A model generated the notes under the pieces. The model made no database searches. It saw only the letters and a program-made list of their open reading frames with translations, and was not told the DNA's origin. The position numbers and the translations under genes are program-made. A stretch of 64,000 nt of DNA, from positions 22,506,001 through 22,570,000 of the forward strand of contig NC_087259.1 in the NCBI RefSeq assembly GCF_037042905.1. The letters run 5' to 3'. This document shows, one piece after another, positions 39,447 to 50,979 of the stretch (positions within the stretch are counted from its first letter, which is position 1; the number at the start of each line of letters is the position of its first letter). This stretch comes from Lytechinus pictus (taxonomy: Eukaryota).

Positions 39447-41028
39447 TGCCTTGCCAAAAGAATTGCTAACTTTCTTGTGTTTCTCGTCTAACGGTACATT
39501 CCTGACCAAATTTTTTTTTTTACTTGCTGCCCTACCTCGCGACGTTTGTGTAGGCTCCACTACACTACGCTACACCTAACGTCCATGCGCAGTGAGTCGC
39601 CATGTGCAATTTTTTTACTGTTGCGCCACTCACACCTGTCACTGCCTGACTACAACGGTTCTAGAAATCTTTTGTAATGTTGAAAAGTGTCTTGTGGCAT
39701 CTGATATTAATCCTCAGTAATTCCCTGAAATGCTGCAACGTTTGGTTAAAAGATCCAGCAAAAGACAAAGGAGTTAAGCGCAGTCAAAGTCAGACTTGCA
39801 AACTTGGTCCGTACGGTGCGAATTTAAGCTGCCATTTTTCTCGGGCGACGATTTGAGACGCCCACACTAAGCAATCGATGTTTCCAAAACTGCCCGCTCA
39901 AGACAAGTTACCAATATTTGGTATCAAAATATAGATTATAAAAAAATGCTCACGATCATTTCATTTTGAAGGTGGGGGTGACAATTGTTATCAAAATAAG
40001 AGGGGTTGGCGACTCAACGTACATCTTAACCCCACAGAGAGGTTTCAACAATGCAGCTGAGTCAATGCACTTTTGTGTACGATCGGTGCGTGTGTGTGCG
40101 CATGCGCGATATGTCTGTGTAGTAAATGTACTATTGGATTTTTCGAATCGGCGACTCAAAATATACCCATCATTGTGTCGCCGTTCCGGAAGTGTGTAAT
40201 TCATGATGTTCTTACTAAAAACTGTAGCAATTTCAGGAGAAAAGTTTATCATATATTTCAAAGGATTTGTGGATACTTTCATCTCATACAAAGATTTGGG
40301 TAAGAATTTTTTTTTTGGTTGCAAAGTTGAAGGTTGAAGACTGCCGATGGCGACTCACTGCGCATGGACGTTAGTGACCTACCCTACCTCGAGCGAAGTT
40401 CGTGCAGGCTCCACTTCACTACCGCTACACTACACTCCACCTACCCGAACTTCGTCTTCGAGACGGTGAACCATTTTGGACATACCGAGTCACAGAGGGG
40501 GGATGGAAATCATTTTCATCGTAAAAATTAAAGAAAAAAAATGTAATGAAAAAGATGAATAACTTAATATCTTACTCTACACCGTATTTCACTCCGTTTC
40601 CATCCTCCGGTTATCCTCAAAATTTGTGATTTTGGGCCAGTATCTTTTTCCTCATACGTGACGTACTATTATTCACGGCTGATTTCAAAATATCTCATGC
40701 GATCATCGCATGCGATGTTAATTTGTTATATTTTTTTTCTTTTATTTTTACGATAAAAATGATTTCCATCCCCCCTTTGTGACTCTGTATATCCGAAATG
40801 GTTCACCGTCTCGAAGTTCGGGTACATGTAGGTGGAGTGTAGTGAAGTGGAGTGGAGCCTGCACGTACTTCACTCGAGGTAGGGTAGGTCACTAGGTATA
40901 GCGTCGTGTAGTGGAGCCTACACGAACGTCGCGAGGTAGGGGCAGGGCAGCAAGTCAAAAAAAATTTGGTCAGGAATGTAACATTAGACGAGAAACACAA
41001 GAAAGTTAGCAATTCTTTTGGCAAGGCA
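39447..41028. mobile_element. Foldback element with ~300-bp inverted arms; the left arm is split by a nested MITE
   Basis: TTAA-TGCCTTGCCAAAAG.. / ..CTTTTGGCAAGGCA-TTAA. Segments 39447-39578 plus 40372-40545 are the reverse complement of about 40730-41028. Confidence 0.85.
39579..40371. mobile_element. TA-targeting MITE nested in the foldback element
   Basis: Perfect 25-bp TIRs ACGTCCATGCGCAGTGAGTCGCCAT. TA is duplicated at 39577-39578 and 40372-40373, and the empty site CCTAGTGACC is visible in the opposite arm. Confidence 0.85.
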
Positions 41029-41086
41029 TTAATCAATCGATACCCAAAACTCGCTCTGACATGTCTGATATTCCGAGTGTTAAAGG

Positions 41087-41874
41087 TAGGGACAGTGATT
41101 TTCCGCGATCGCGGAAAACGGACGGAATTCACGGAAATTGCCTTTTGAAACGGAAAGTGCCATTTCAAACGGAAAATCACGGAAAACATATTTTTCCTCA
41201 GAATTCACAGAACAGCAACAGTAATTACTCCAAAATCTCAACAAAATATGAATATTAACTGGCCACAAAGCCTCACAAAACACGATCTCACTTCACTACA
41301 AAGTATGACAATCCACACATCGTGACTGCTCTTGACTCCATCACTCTCGATCGACCGGGTCTTGGCCGGTGGCGGGGTCGGCCGTATCAAAAACATTCAC
41401 ATGCAAACAACACGGTCGTGTGTTGCTGCCCTCTACGTTTGAAGATGTAACAGCACGATATTCCGGTCTTGAAATCCAAAATGGCGGATAGGCTAAAGTC
41501 GTTGACTGGTCGAAACGATGTCCAAAAACCCCCAAAATTATCGATAAAATTTAATATAACAAAAAAATAATGCTAATAATGTGAAAGGTAAGGATGTATT
41601 TATGTCAGATTTGTTTGTGAAATTATTTTGTGTACCTGCATAGATCCGATTAGAGCGGATTCTACTGCGTTGTTGGTACAGTGGCAGATATAAATTTTGA
41701 CCAGCGCAGCGAGAGTGATATATTGCTACTGAATGGTAAACGGAATTGCCAATTTTCCGTGTACACAAAGTCTATGGGGAAACGGAATTTCCGTTTTCTG
41801 ACATGCTGAAACGGAATTTACGATTTTCTGAAACGGAAAAGGCAATTTTTTGAAACGGAAAATCACTGTCCCTA
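41087..41874. mobile_element. Non-autonomous DNA transposon with hAT-like TIRs and a 6-bp TSD
   Basis: TIRs TAGGGACAGTGATTTTCCG / CGGAAAATCACTGTCCCTA, flanked by TAAAGG on both sides; ACGGAA subterminal repeats. Confidence 0.85.
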
Positions 41875-41940
41875 TAAAGGTGGGATATTATTGGGGGAAA
41901 ATATAAAATTCGTGCAACATCGTGATCTTTAATTAAAGAA

Positions 41941-42522
41941 AGGGATGGTCCGGGCTGAAAGTATTTATAGCTTAATAAATAGAGTAGAATTTACTGAGCA
42001 AAATGCTGAAAATTTCATCAAAATCGGATAACATGTAACAAAGTTATTGAATTTCAAAGAAGCAATATTTTGTGAAAACAGTTGTCATGAATATTCATTA
42101 GGTGGGCTGATGATGTCACATCCCCACTTGTTCTTGTGTATTTTATTAAATGTGAAATTAGGTTTATTCACAGCTTTTCCTCCAAGAACTCTATTGGATT
42201 GACAACTAATTTAGTGCATTAGATATTTATTGCTGCAACTTATTTTATTATAAGGGAGACATATTATTCACACAAGTATGAAATAATGAAAAAATTATGA
42301 TTTTAAATAAAACAATTTTTAAGAAAACAGAAAGTGGGGATGTGACATCATTAACCCACCTAATGAATATTCATGTGGACTATTTTCACAAAATATTGCT
42401 AAACTTTAAACTTCAAAACCTTTATTATTTGTTATCCGATTTTGATAAAATTTTCGGCATTTTGCCCAGTGAATTCTACTCTATGTATTAAGATATAAAT
42501 ATTTTCAGCCTGGACCATCCCT
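41941..42522. mobile_element. Kolobok-like MITE (relative at about 57267-57569)
   Basis: TIRs AGGGATGGTCCGGGCTGAAA / TTTCAGCCTGGACCATCCCT; TTAA on the right flank. Confidence 0.7.
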
Positions 42523-43093
42523 TTAAAAACAAAACCAATATTCGTACTTTACACAAAGTTTCACTTCTTTGTGTTCTTTTCCATGCTTCTATCAGTCTCA
42601 AAATTGGTGATGTAGAGCCAGTTACATTTTCCTCACACATATTCACTGCAGATTCCAAAACATCGCGAACTGCGCAAGTGCGAAAATCGCAGCTCAAATC
42701 ATGAATATTCATGAGAAGGACTATACATTGAGATCTGATGCAAATGCGAAACGATCTCGATGTATAGTCCTACTCGTGAATATTCATGAATTGAGCTGCG
42801 ATTTTCGCATTTGTTTTGTGAGTTGTGTGGATGGCCGGGAAGTTGGATTAATCTGCCCGTAATTCGATATGCTAACGTAACTTACCTTTTCTGCAATATT
42901 ATTTATTTTATAATAAAAAGTCTTCTCAAAAAGGAAATTAACATCTAAAAGTGTCTTCTCGAAAAAGGAAATTAATATTTAAAAAAATGTTAAGTAATGT
43001 TTATTGTTTACTTCCACAAATTTTAATTGCAATTTTTTTCAACTGAGAAAAACATTGATAATTTTTCCTGTTTTCTATTGACTTTGTCTTACA

Positions 43094-44020
43094 TTTTTTG
43101 TCTCACCTGCATAGCAGAGTGAGACTATAGGCGCCGCTTTTCCGACGGCGGCGGCGGCGTCAACACCAAATCTTAACCTGAGGTTAAGTTTTTGAAATGA
43201 CAGCATAACTTAGAAAGTATATGGACCTAGTTCATGAAACTTGGCCATAAGGTTAATCAAGTATTACTGAACATCCTGCCTGAGTTTCATGTCACATGAC
43301 CAAGGTCAAAGGTCATTTAGGGTCAATGAACTTAGACCATGTTGGGGGAATCAACATTGAAATGTCATCATAACTTAGAAAATATATGGACCTAGTTCAT
43401 GAAACTTATACATAAGGTTAATCAAGTATCAATGAACATCCTGCTTGAGTTTCACATCACATGACCAAGGTCAAAGGTCATTTAGGGTCAATGAACTTTG
43501 GCCGAATTGGGGGTATCTGTTGAATTACCATCATAACTTTGAAAGTTTATGGATCTGATTCATGAAACTTGGACATAATAGTAATCAAGTATTACTGAAC
43601 ATCCTGTGCAAGTTTCAGGTCACATGATCAAGGTCAAAGGTCATTTAGGGTCAATGAACTTTGGCCAAATTGGGGTATTTGTTGAATTACAGCCATAAAT
43701 TTGAAAGTGTGTTGGTCTAGTTCATAAAACTTGGACATAATAGTAATCAAGTATCACTGAACATCCTGTGCAAGTTTCAGGTCACATGATCAAGGTCAAA
43801 GGTCATGTTAAGGTCAAAGAACTTTGGCCACGTTGGGGGTATTTGTTGAATTGCCATCATATCTCTATAAGTGTATTGGTCTAGTTCATAAAACGTGGAA
43901 ATAAGAGTAACCAAGTATCACTGAACATCTTGTGCGAGTTATAGTAGTTTTCAAAATCAGCACTGCTGCTATATTGAATCGCGTGATGCAGGTGAGACGG
44001 CCAGAGGCATTCCACTTGTT
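43094..44020 (+). mobile_element. HINE/DINE-like tandem-repeat element, opposite orientation to the other copies
   Basis: SubTIRs GTCTCACCTGCAT / ATGCAGGTGAGAC, 5' hairpin, (GGC)n, about 5 tandem units, T-rich flanks. Confidence 0.75.
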
Positions 44021-44218
44021 TAATGTTTTCTTTTCCTTTTCAATTAAGCCAAACTAAAATTTAGCAGAGTCTTATTCCCTTTTTTTTGTAGTAGATATCC
44101 TAAATCCCAAAAGAAATAAGCTGATGTTGTCACTATGCACAGTGCACACTAAGTCCAGTGTTATAACTTATATAGCCTGGTCTAGGTTTCAATTGTACCT
44201 TGTAACAAAACTGGATTA

Positions 44219-44685
44219 GAGTAAAGTGCCCAAATATCGGACACTTAGCATAATTGGACCAAAACAAAAATACAATCATTGAATCAAATAAAAATCATGT
44301 TTATTTCTGTAGTACAAATGTTGAATATTAACATAACAAAAATAGATTTGAAAAAAAATATGGTGAATGGAAATTATTAACTTACTAGACTGCCAGAAGC
44401 TTGTTTTTTGCCGAATATCGGACACAGTTTTAAAAATATCGAGCACGTAAAGATGTGCGCCGCGATCAATATCTGCGATTTCGATCGTGCTCTAAACCCC
44501 CAAATAATTGCTTGATTGATGAGAAATAACTTGTCAGCTGCGCAAATGCAGTTCAATAGAAAGTATGTTGAATATATCTCGTGCATTCAAGTCCCCTGCC
44601 AGTGCTGGTCCCTGTAGTTGTAGGGAGGGAGTTGAAGTCATTCTCGTCCGATATTCGGAACCGTCCAATGTTTGGGGGTTTACTC
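44219..44685. mobile_element. TA-flanked MITE
   Basis: GAGTAAA..CCCAAATATCGGAC / GTCCAATGTTTGGG..TTTACTC termini with TA flanks. Confidence 0.6.
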
Positions 44686-45049
44686 TATGCATTTGTTTCT
44701 TCAGTAATATCACACTTCAAGTATGATTTAGTGCCCTTTTTGAAAAGCTTGCAATTGTGGCAAGGTTTTTCTAACATGATAAAAAAAGTGTTATTTTGTA
44801 TACCAAATCTGCACAGTCCATTGTACCACGGTACAATTGAAGCCTCTTTTTGAGAAAAGAAGCCTAAAGGACTAATTCATTATTAGGTTTTATTAGAAAT
44901 GTGAAAAATTACCTTTGAATTTTGAAATAGTTTACTCTTCTTCATTGATTAAAATTCTTCTTGATTTGGGGAATGGATTATGCCTGATTTTTTTTTTCAC
45001 ATTTCTTACAAAGTGTCTAAAATTTTCTACTGCATTATTTCATGCGCAG

Positions 45050-48000
45050 GGGTTCGTGAAAGTTGTGAAGAACAAAGCGTACTTCAAGCGGTACCAGGTC
45101 AAGTTCAGGCGTCGCCGTGAAGGCAGGACCGACTACCAGGCTCGCCGCTTCTTAGTTGTACAAGACAAGAACAAGTACAACACCCCCAAGTATCGCATGA
45201 TTGTTCGCTTCACCAACAAGAATATCACATGTCAGGTACATGTAACATATTTTCAAAGTACTTCCCTGCAGGCAATTTTTTTTCAATTTATTTTCAGAGG
45301 CTACTTTTCACAACACATTGCCTAAATTTGCAATATCGGATAAGCTTTAAATAATGCAGTGAACGGGGAATTACATGGGCTCTTTTTTAGCATTTCGGGG
45401 ATGAAAGGGCCCTGGTGGGTGTTTCATAAAGCTGTTCGTAAGTTAAGAGCGACTTTAAGGACTGGTGATCCTTTCTTATGGTAAATGGTATATTCAATGG
45501 CGATGGTTTAGCGCGTAAGAAAGGATCACCAGTTGTTCTTAAAGTCGCTCTTTACTTACGAACAGCAAATTCCATAATAGGCGAACTATTTTTTTATAAT
45601 ATCATGGGAGCCGAATCAGATGATATGGGCCTATCTACTCAATATCATTTACCCATTGTTTCAATTCATATCTTACAGCTCTATCAGCCACTCTGCATTT
45701 TTATTTATTTTTGCTATGTTTGGCTTCAGTCAACTGATTGGAAGGAGCATTATAAGATTTTAGAATTAATACTTATAAAAATATACCCCATGATAAAATG
45801 CCATGAAAAAAGCTGGAATTACCATATGATTAACGGTGATTTTAGAATGGTAAGTGGATTTATACACTAAGAAGATCAAGCTCTTTCGATTTCTCTGCTT
45901 GACTGTTTTTATTTTATTTTTTGTTTTTGTTTTTACTCTTGTTACCTCTTTGTCTTTGGATCATACATTCATGACATAATATCCCTAAGTTCAAACTTGC
46001 AGTGATTTCATATATATGCAAGGAATAATTGTCCTGTCATCGCATCTCAATTTGCTCCACATTGATACATTTTTGTGTGTTTTGCATAGAAATTCCAGAA
46101 TTTTGTTGAGAGCTTTTTTCTTATGACTAAAAAACACTAACCAAGTTTGGTCAGTAAAATTCAATCCCTGTAATGAAGCTTCTCAGCAGCATTTTTTTAA
46201 AGGGTTTAGTTGGAAGTTGGTGAACCCTTAAAGCGGGTTTAAATTTATGATTGCTTTGTAGCTTGTGTCAAAAGTTAAACTTTTTGCTCTTTGCTGTTTC
46301 CATTACAGATAGCGTACGCCAAGTTGGAGGGAGACATCATTGTATGCGCTGCATACGCTCATGAACTCCCCCGCTATGGTGTCAAGGTCGGGCTGACCAA
46401 CTATGCTGCAGCGTACTGCACAGGACTGCTCCTGGCTCGCAGGGTAAGTAGCTGTTCTTTACCCCATCAGAAACATGACTAAGGCAATAAATAGCTACTT
46501 AAAAAGACTGTTATCGCTATTGGCTAAAATAGTTTTCTGTAAGCACCACATTTTACCTCTACAAAATCTGTGATCAAAACCTCTCCAGTTGTGTTAGATG
46601 CTTAAGCTGATTAAGCAAAAGTATGTGCAATTGATTTTGTCTACTATAATTGTATTGCATGATTGATCGATTACCATGCTAAAAACTTGCTGCATTCATC
46701 CACCCTTCCCCCCAAATGAATGTATTGATACAAGCTTTGGAAGGGGAGGGTTGCAATTTAATAGGATTTTTCATCAACTTATGTTAGTCTGTTGACTTCA
46801 AGGTTGTACCGTTTCACAAAATGATAATGAAAACCTACCCATTCTGAAACATTGTAGGAAATATTTTTACAGAATTGAGTCTGCCATGAATTGTATCTTG
46901 TTCCATTTGAACAGATTCTGAAGAAGTTCAACTTGGACAGTATCTACGAGGGTCAGACAGAGCCAGATGGTGATGACTACTTGGTAGAGTCAGAGGAGGG
47001 CAAGGCCGGTGCCTTCCGGTGCTTCTTGGACGTTGGTCTTGCCAGAACCAGCACTGGTGCCAAGGTGTTTGGAGCACTCAAAGGTGCCGTTGACGGCGGT
47101 CTGGAGATCCCTCACAGGTAAGGTATACATGAAGTCCATTCATTGACAGTTAACTTGGCAATTCATGCAGGTTAGTTTGCTCTCTTCCCTTAGTATGCTG
47201 GCCTTTTTCTGCTACAAATCTCATTTGCCAGCAAGGCAGGCAACGCTGAGGCAATTAAGAGGGAATGACCGAGGAAATTGATTGTCGCTTCTCGCAGGTC
47301 CTCTTGCTAATATTAGTAAAAATAAGGTCACAAGGCCACTCAAAAATTATTTTGAAAAAAAAGATCTCTTAACCCTAAAAGGCCTGGGGGGGGCAACATA
47401 ATTCAAGTGCATGTCAGACCCAAAACTACTCAAAAACATGAATTCATGTACAAATCCTATGCAAATTGTGTATTTAGCCAAAATTCATAAATGTATCATT
47501 ATTTCTACTTATACTAATTAAACTTAATTGATTTTCTCTTGTTTATGATTAGAATTAAGTCTGCAACACTTTCCATCGAAAAAACAGTAAAAAACAAAAA
47601 GTGGAAAACAAAGAAATAAATAAAAAAACTACAAAATTTATAAGAAAAAATTTGCGATGCCAATTTTTTTTTTAACATTTGATCGGGATCCTACAAAGAG
47701 TATGTGAATAAAATAATTAGCAGTTTGGGGGCCGTATGATAGTTGATTAGAGCACCCGGGGCTTGTAGATACTGGCCAACAATGAATGAATGAAATAATG
47801 GACTCGTTTATGACAGAAGTACACCCATTGATGAGATGCCAAAAAATAGCTGGAATTACCGTATGATAATTGCTGATTCAAGCTTGGCGGCTGAGGGTGA
47901 ATTAAAATATGATTGCTTTTTTGTCAAGGCTTCTGATGGAAAAAAGACTCTGGTTAACTAGCAAAAGTAATCCTTGCATAAGAGTAATATTTGCAGAAGT

Positions 48001-50569
48001 CAAGGCAATTTTATGACGAGATTATACAGTACATGTACACATTGCTATGGTCTCATAATATTGAACTGAGGCAAAGTTACTAATCGAAGATATTTGTGAA
48101 CAGCTTATGGATACACCGTACCAAGGTCTGCAGGGCCAAATACGAAACATCCAGGGGGGGGGGGGGTGTTTCACAAAGATTTTTTTTCTAAGTATGACTT
48201 TAGAGTCACACTTAAATGCCGATGCGAACATGATATGCAACACGCAATCTTATTGATCAATAAGCAGTAGTGCGCATCCTCATTGCATGATCTGACCAAT
48301 GTGGTCATGCCTTTTATACCGCACGCAACTAGACATTTAAGTGCGTCTCTAAGTCATACTTTTATCTTTGTGAAATGCCCTCCTGATGTGAAGTAGAGCA
48401 GAGAGAAACTGATCTCTATTGACAAATTCATCACCTTTATGTTTTCTCCTACATAGCAACAAGCGCTTCCCGGGATACGACTCGGAAAGTAGTGAGTTCA
48501 GTGCAGAGGTCCACAGGAAGTACATCTTTGGCGGTCATGTTGCTGATTACATGAAAGAACTTCAAGAAGAAGATGACGAGGCTTACAAACGTCAGTTCTC
48601 CCAGTTCATCAAAAATGACATCACACCAGATTCAGTAAGTTCTTTACCCATCAACGTCTATGCTTTATACATCCAGGGCCCTATTGCAGACATAGGGCAG
48701 ACATACAGTGGTGCTCAAAACTTAGTGAACTCCGCCAGAAAATGAACATATTTGAATTGTTCAAGTTCTGCCATGTTTTAGATGTTTAATTGTAAAGTAA
48801 GGTGATAAAATATCACATTCAGTAAAGTTTGTTTCTCTGGGCTTGCCAAACATTGTAGTGTTGTCTACATTCAACACTGCATGAAGGAGTGCATTTTGTG
48901 GTTGGTTTCACTTTTGAGTACAACTGTAGGTTTTTTAAATAACCGTAGTCTTTGGAAGTAGGTCTTGAAGATTGGCTGCTTACTTTTTGAGAAAAAAAAA
49001 TGATGGATTGAATTGAGAAAGAAGTTGTGGAGGAGTTGGCCAATAGGAGGGATGTAGTCAGGTTCGACCTCAAGGCCAATTCTTGCAAGCCTCTGCCTGA
49101 GTCACATGTACAAAATCTATGTGGAAAGGTTTACTCCATCGGCCTTGTGGCTAAAAAAATAACACTACATCTCTGGCTAATAGTCAATCCCTTGGTTTAT
49201 GAATTTTGTGATCAAACTTCAAAGTAGTGCCATCAGTGACTCCATTAGGATATTTCTTTCCAACACTTCTTTGTGATTTGTCTGATGCACACTTCTGCTT
49301 GAAAGGATGCTAGTAGGGACAAAGTTTCAAGTTTTGTTTTTTATCCTGTGAATGTCACTTTCAAAGTGATGAAGATGTGACCCCCACTTGATGAAATCCA
49401 CCCTGTGATGATATGCCAATATATAGCTGGAATTACCGTATGAACTATACTGATTCAACCTTGGCAGCTGAGGGTACTAAGGATGTAACTCTAGTTATGC
49501 TTCAGATAAAATTGGCTGTCCCTGTTCTTAAGAATAAACCTTTTCAAATGTTAGCACTATTATTGACATGTTCATTTAACCGGTATTTTCTTTTTGGCCA
49601 AAAATGTTACAATTGGAATTATCTGTTGTGAAATTGGCAAACAAAAGCATATACGATGTTTATAGCTTGTACAGATTTATATGAAATGTATAATTGTAAT
49701 GAGCCCTTTGTTACTGTATAGATGAATATAAAGGATGTCAATTCCATGGCGATAGACCGCAATATGCATGTATTTAACTTTTTTTTCTTCAGATTGTGAA
49801 TTGTATCCTATGACTTTTACTTTCAGCTTGAAGCTATGTACAAGAAGGCCCACGATGACATCAGGGCCGATCCTGAGGCCAAGTCAAAGAAGGATTTTGC
49901 TGGAAAGACCAAAAGGTGAGCTTTAATTAGACTAAAAGGAAACCAGGGCATAAGGTGTGGAAGGGAAAGAAGGTACAGTCAAATCTCTTGAAGTTGCCTT
50001 TATTGCTCTTATGTGTGTTATCCACCTTGTGATGAGATGCCAAAAAATAGCTGGAATTACCGTATGATATTTACTGATTCAAGCTTGGCGGCTGAGGGTG
50101 TTTGTTCATCGAGAGTGATTCTTATAATTTTTTTAAGAATCTATGAAAATTTTATATTGTAGTAAAAATACAGTGTTTACCAGGTTAAATAAATTGAGCT
50201 GGGATACACATTTTCTCCCATCATCTTGATGGAAATGCTTTCATGAATTGATAAAATGTACATTTTAATATTAGAAGTAAGGAGTAATATGTTGAGATAC
50301 AAGTGCATGTAACATTTAATATGTGTATTTAACTAGATAACCTACATCAAAATACATGTTATTGTAAAAAGCTGGAACCAGAATATTACCACGTTGTATT
50401 GCAGCTTGGAGTCTTGGACTATATTTCTTGTCATGATAATTTATTTTTATCATAATTCTGAATTTGTTGCTTCAGATGGAACCGTGCCAAGCTCACCCTG
50501 GCCCAACGCAGGGACCGTGTCCGGCAGAAGAAAGCATCCTTCCTTTACGCCAACCAGTCTCACGACTAA
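45050..50569 (+). CDS. RPL5: 60S ribosomal protein L5 (uL18), exons 2-7, about 295 aa with the exon-1 Met
   Basis: Exons 45050-45235 ([29 protein letters not shown]), 46309-46443 ([23 protein letters not shown]), 46915-47117 (..[30 protein letters not shown]), 48457-48634 (KRFPGYD..HVADYM), 49827-49915 and 50476-50569 ([22 protein letters not shown]..stop). Canonical splice sites and consistent phases. AATAAA at 50634 and 50796. Confidence 0.97.
45785..45860 (+). pseudogene. Decayed SNORD65-like snoRNA copy (RPL5 intron 2)
   Basis: Retains the guide AGCTGGAATTACC and D' ATGA, but box C is ATGATAA and box D and the terminal stem are lost. Confidence 0.7.
47822..47899 (+). ncRNA. SNORD65: Box C/D snoRNA, SNORD65/snR77-like (RPL5 intron 4)
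   Basis: Terminal stem CACCC/GGGTG, box C TTGATGA, 14-nt guide AGCTGGAATTACCG antisense to conserved 18S CGGUAAUUCCAGCU, D' ATGA, box D CTGA. The D'+5 rule selects the U equivalent to yeast Um578 and human Um627. Confidence 0.9.
49400..49475 (+). ncRNA. SNORD65: Box C/D snoRNA, SNORD65/snR77-like (RPL5 intron 5)
   Basis: Stem ACCC/GGGT, box C GTGATGA, same 18S guide with D' ATGA, box D CTGA, internal TGCCAA/TTGGCA stem. Confidence 0.9.
50023..50100 (+). ncRNA. SNORD65: Box C/D snoRNA, SNORD65/snR77-like (RPL5 intron 6)
   Basis: Stem CACCT/GGGTG, box C GTGATGA, same guide, D' ATGA, box D CTGA. Confidence 0.9.
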
Positions 50570-50979
50570 GTCATCAACTCCTCATCGTCCTCCTCCTCCT
50601 CACATCATCCAATATCAAGTACTTCAATTCCGGAATAAACAATGAACATGAACTTCACTTGCAATACTCCTCATAGACAGTATCACCTGGGGCTCGTAGA
50701 TACTGGCCAACAATGAATGAATGAATGAAATAATGGACTCGTTTGCGACAGAAGTGATAACATCGGCAACTGGCATTGGGCCGGTATAAAGTGGCTAATA
50801 AAATATTGATGACATGTATTTAAAACCGTGTGTGTTGTGTTTTTATTTCGTATTGGTAGAAATGTTTGAATATGTGTCAATGCAGAGAATGTGATCATGA
50901 TCAAGGCAAAGCACTGTGATTCGTTCAAAAAGTATGTGGTTGCAAAATTACGTACCATTATGTTAATGCATGTCAGACC

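Noticed and set aside
45478-45870. 130-aa ORF and its partial copy at 51467-51733
   Set aside because: Intronic, starts inside a MITE, runs through a decayed snoRNA, and has no recognisable protein features.
46781-46852. C/D-like segment (ATGTT..TGTTGA..ATGA..CTGA..AACAT) in RPL5 intron 3
   Set aside because: Box C is poor and I could not recognise any rRNA or snRNA complement.
47180-47335. GC-richer double-hairpin-like stretch in RPL5 intron 4
   Set aside because: No ANANNA hinge between the hairpins and no recognisable target or U17/snR30 motifs.
47881-47890. AGCTTGGCGG as a second (box D) guide against 28S
   Set aside because: At most about 8-9 bp of complementarity, variable among copies, and better explained as one arm of the internal stem.
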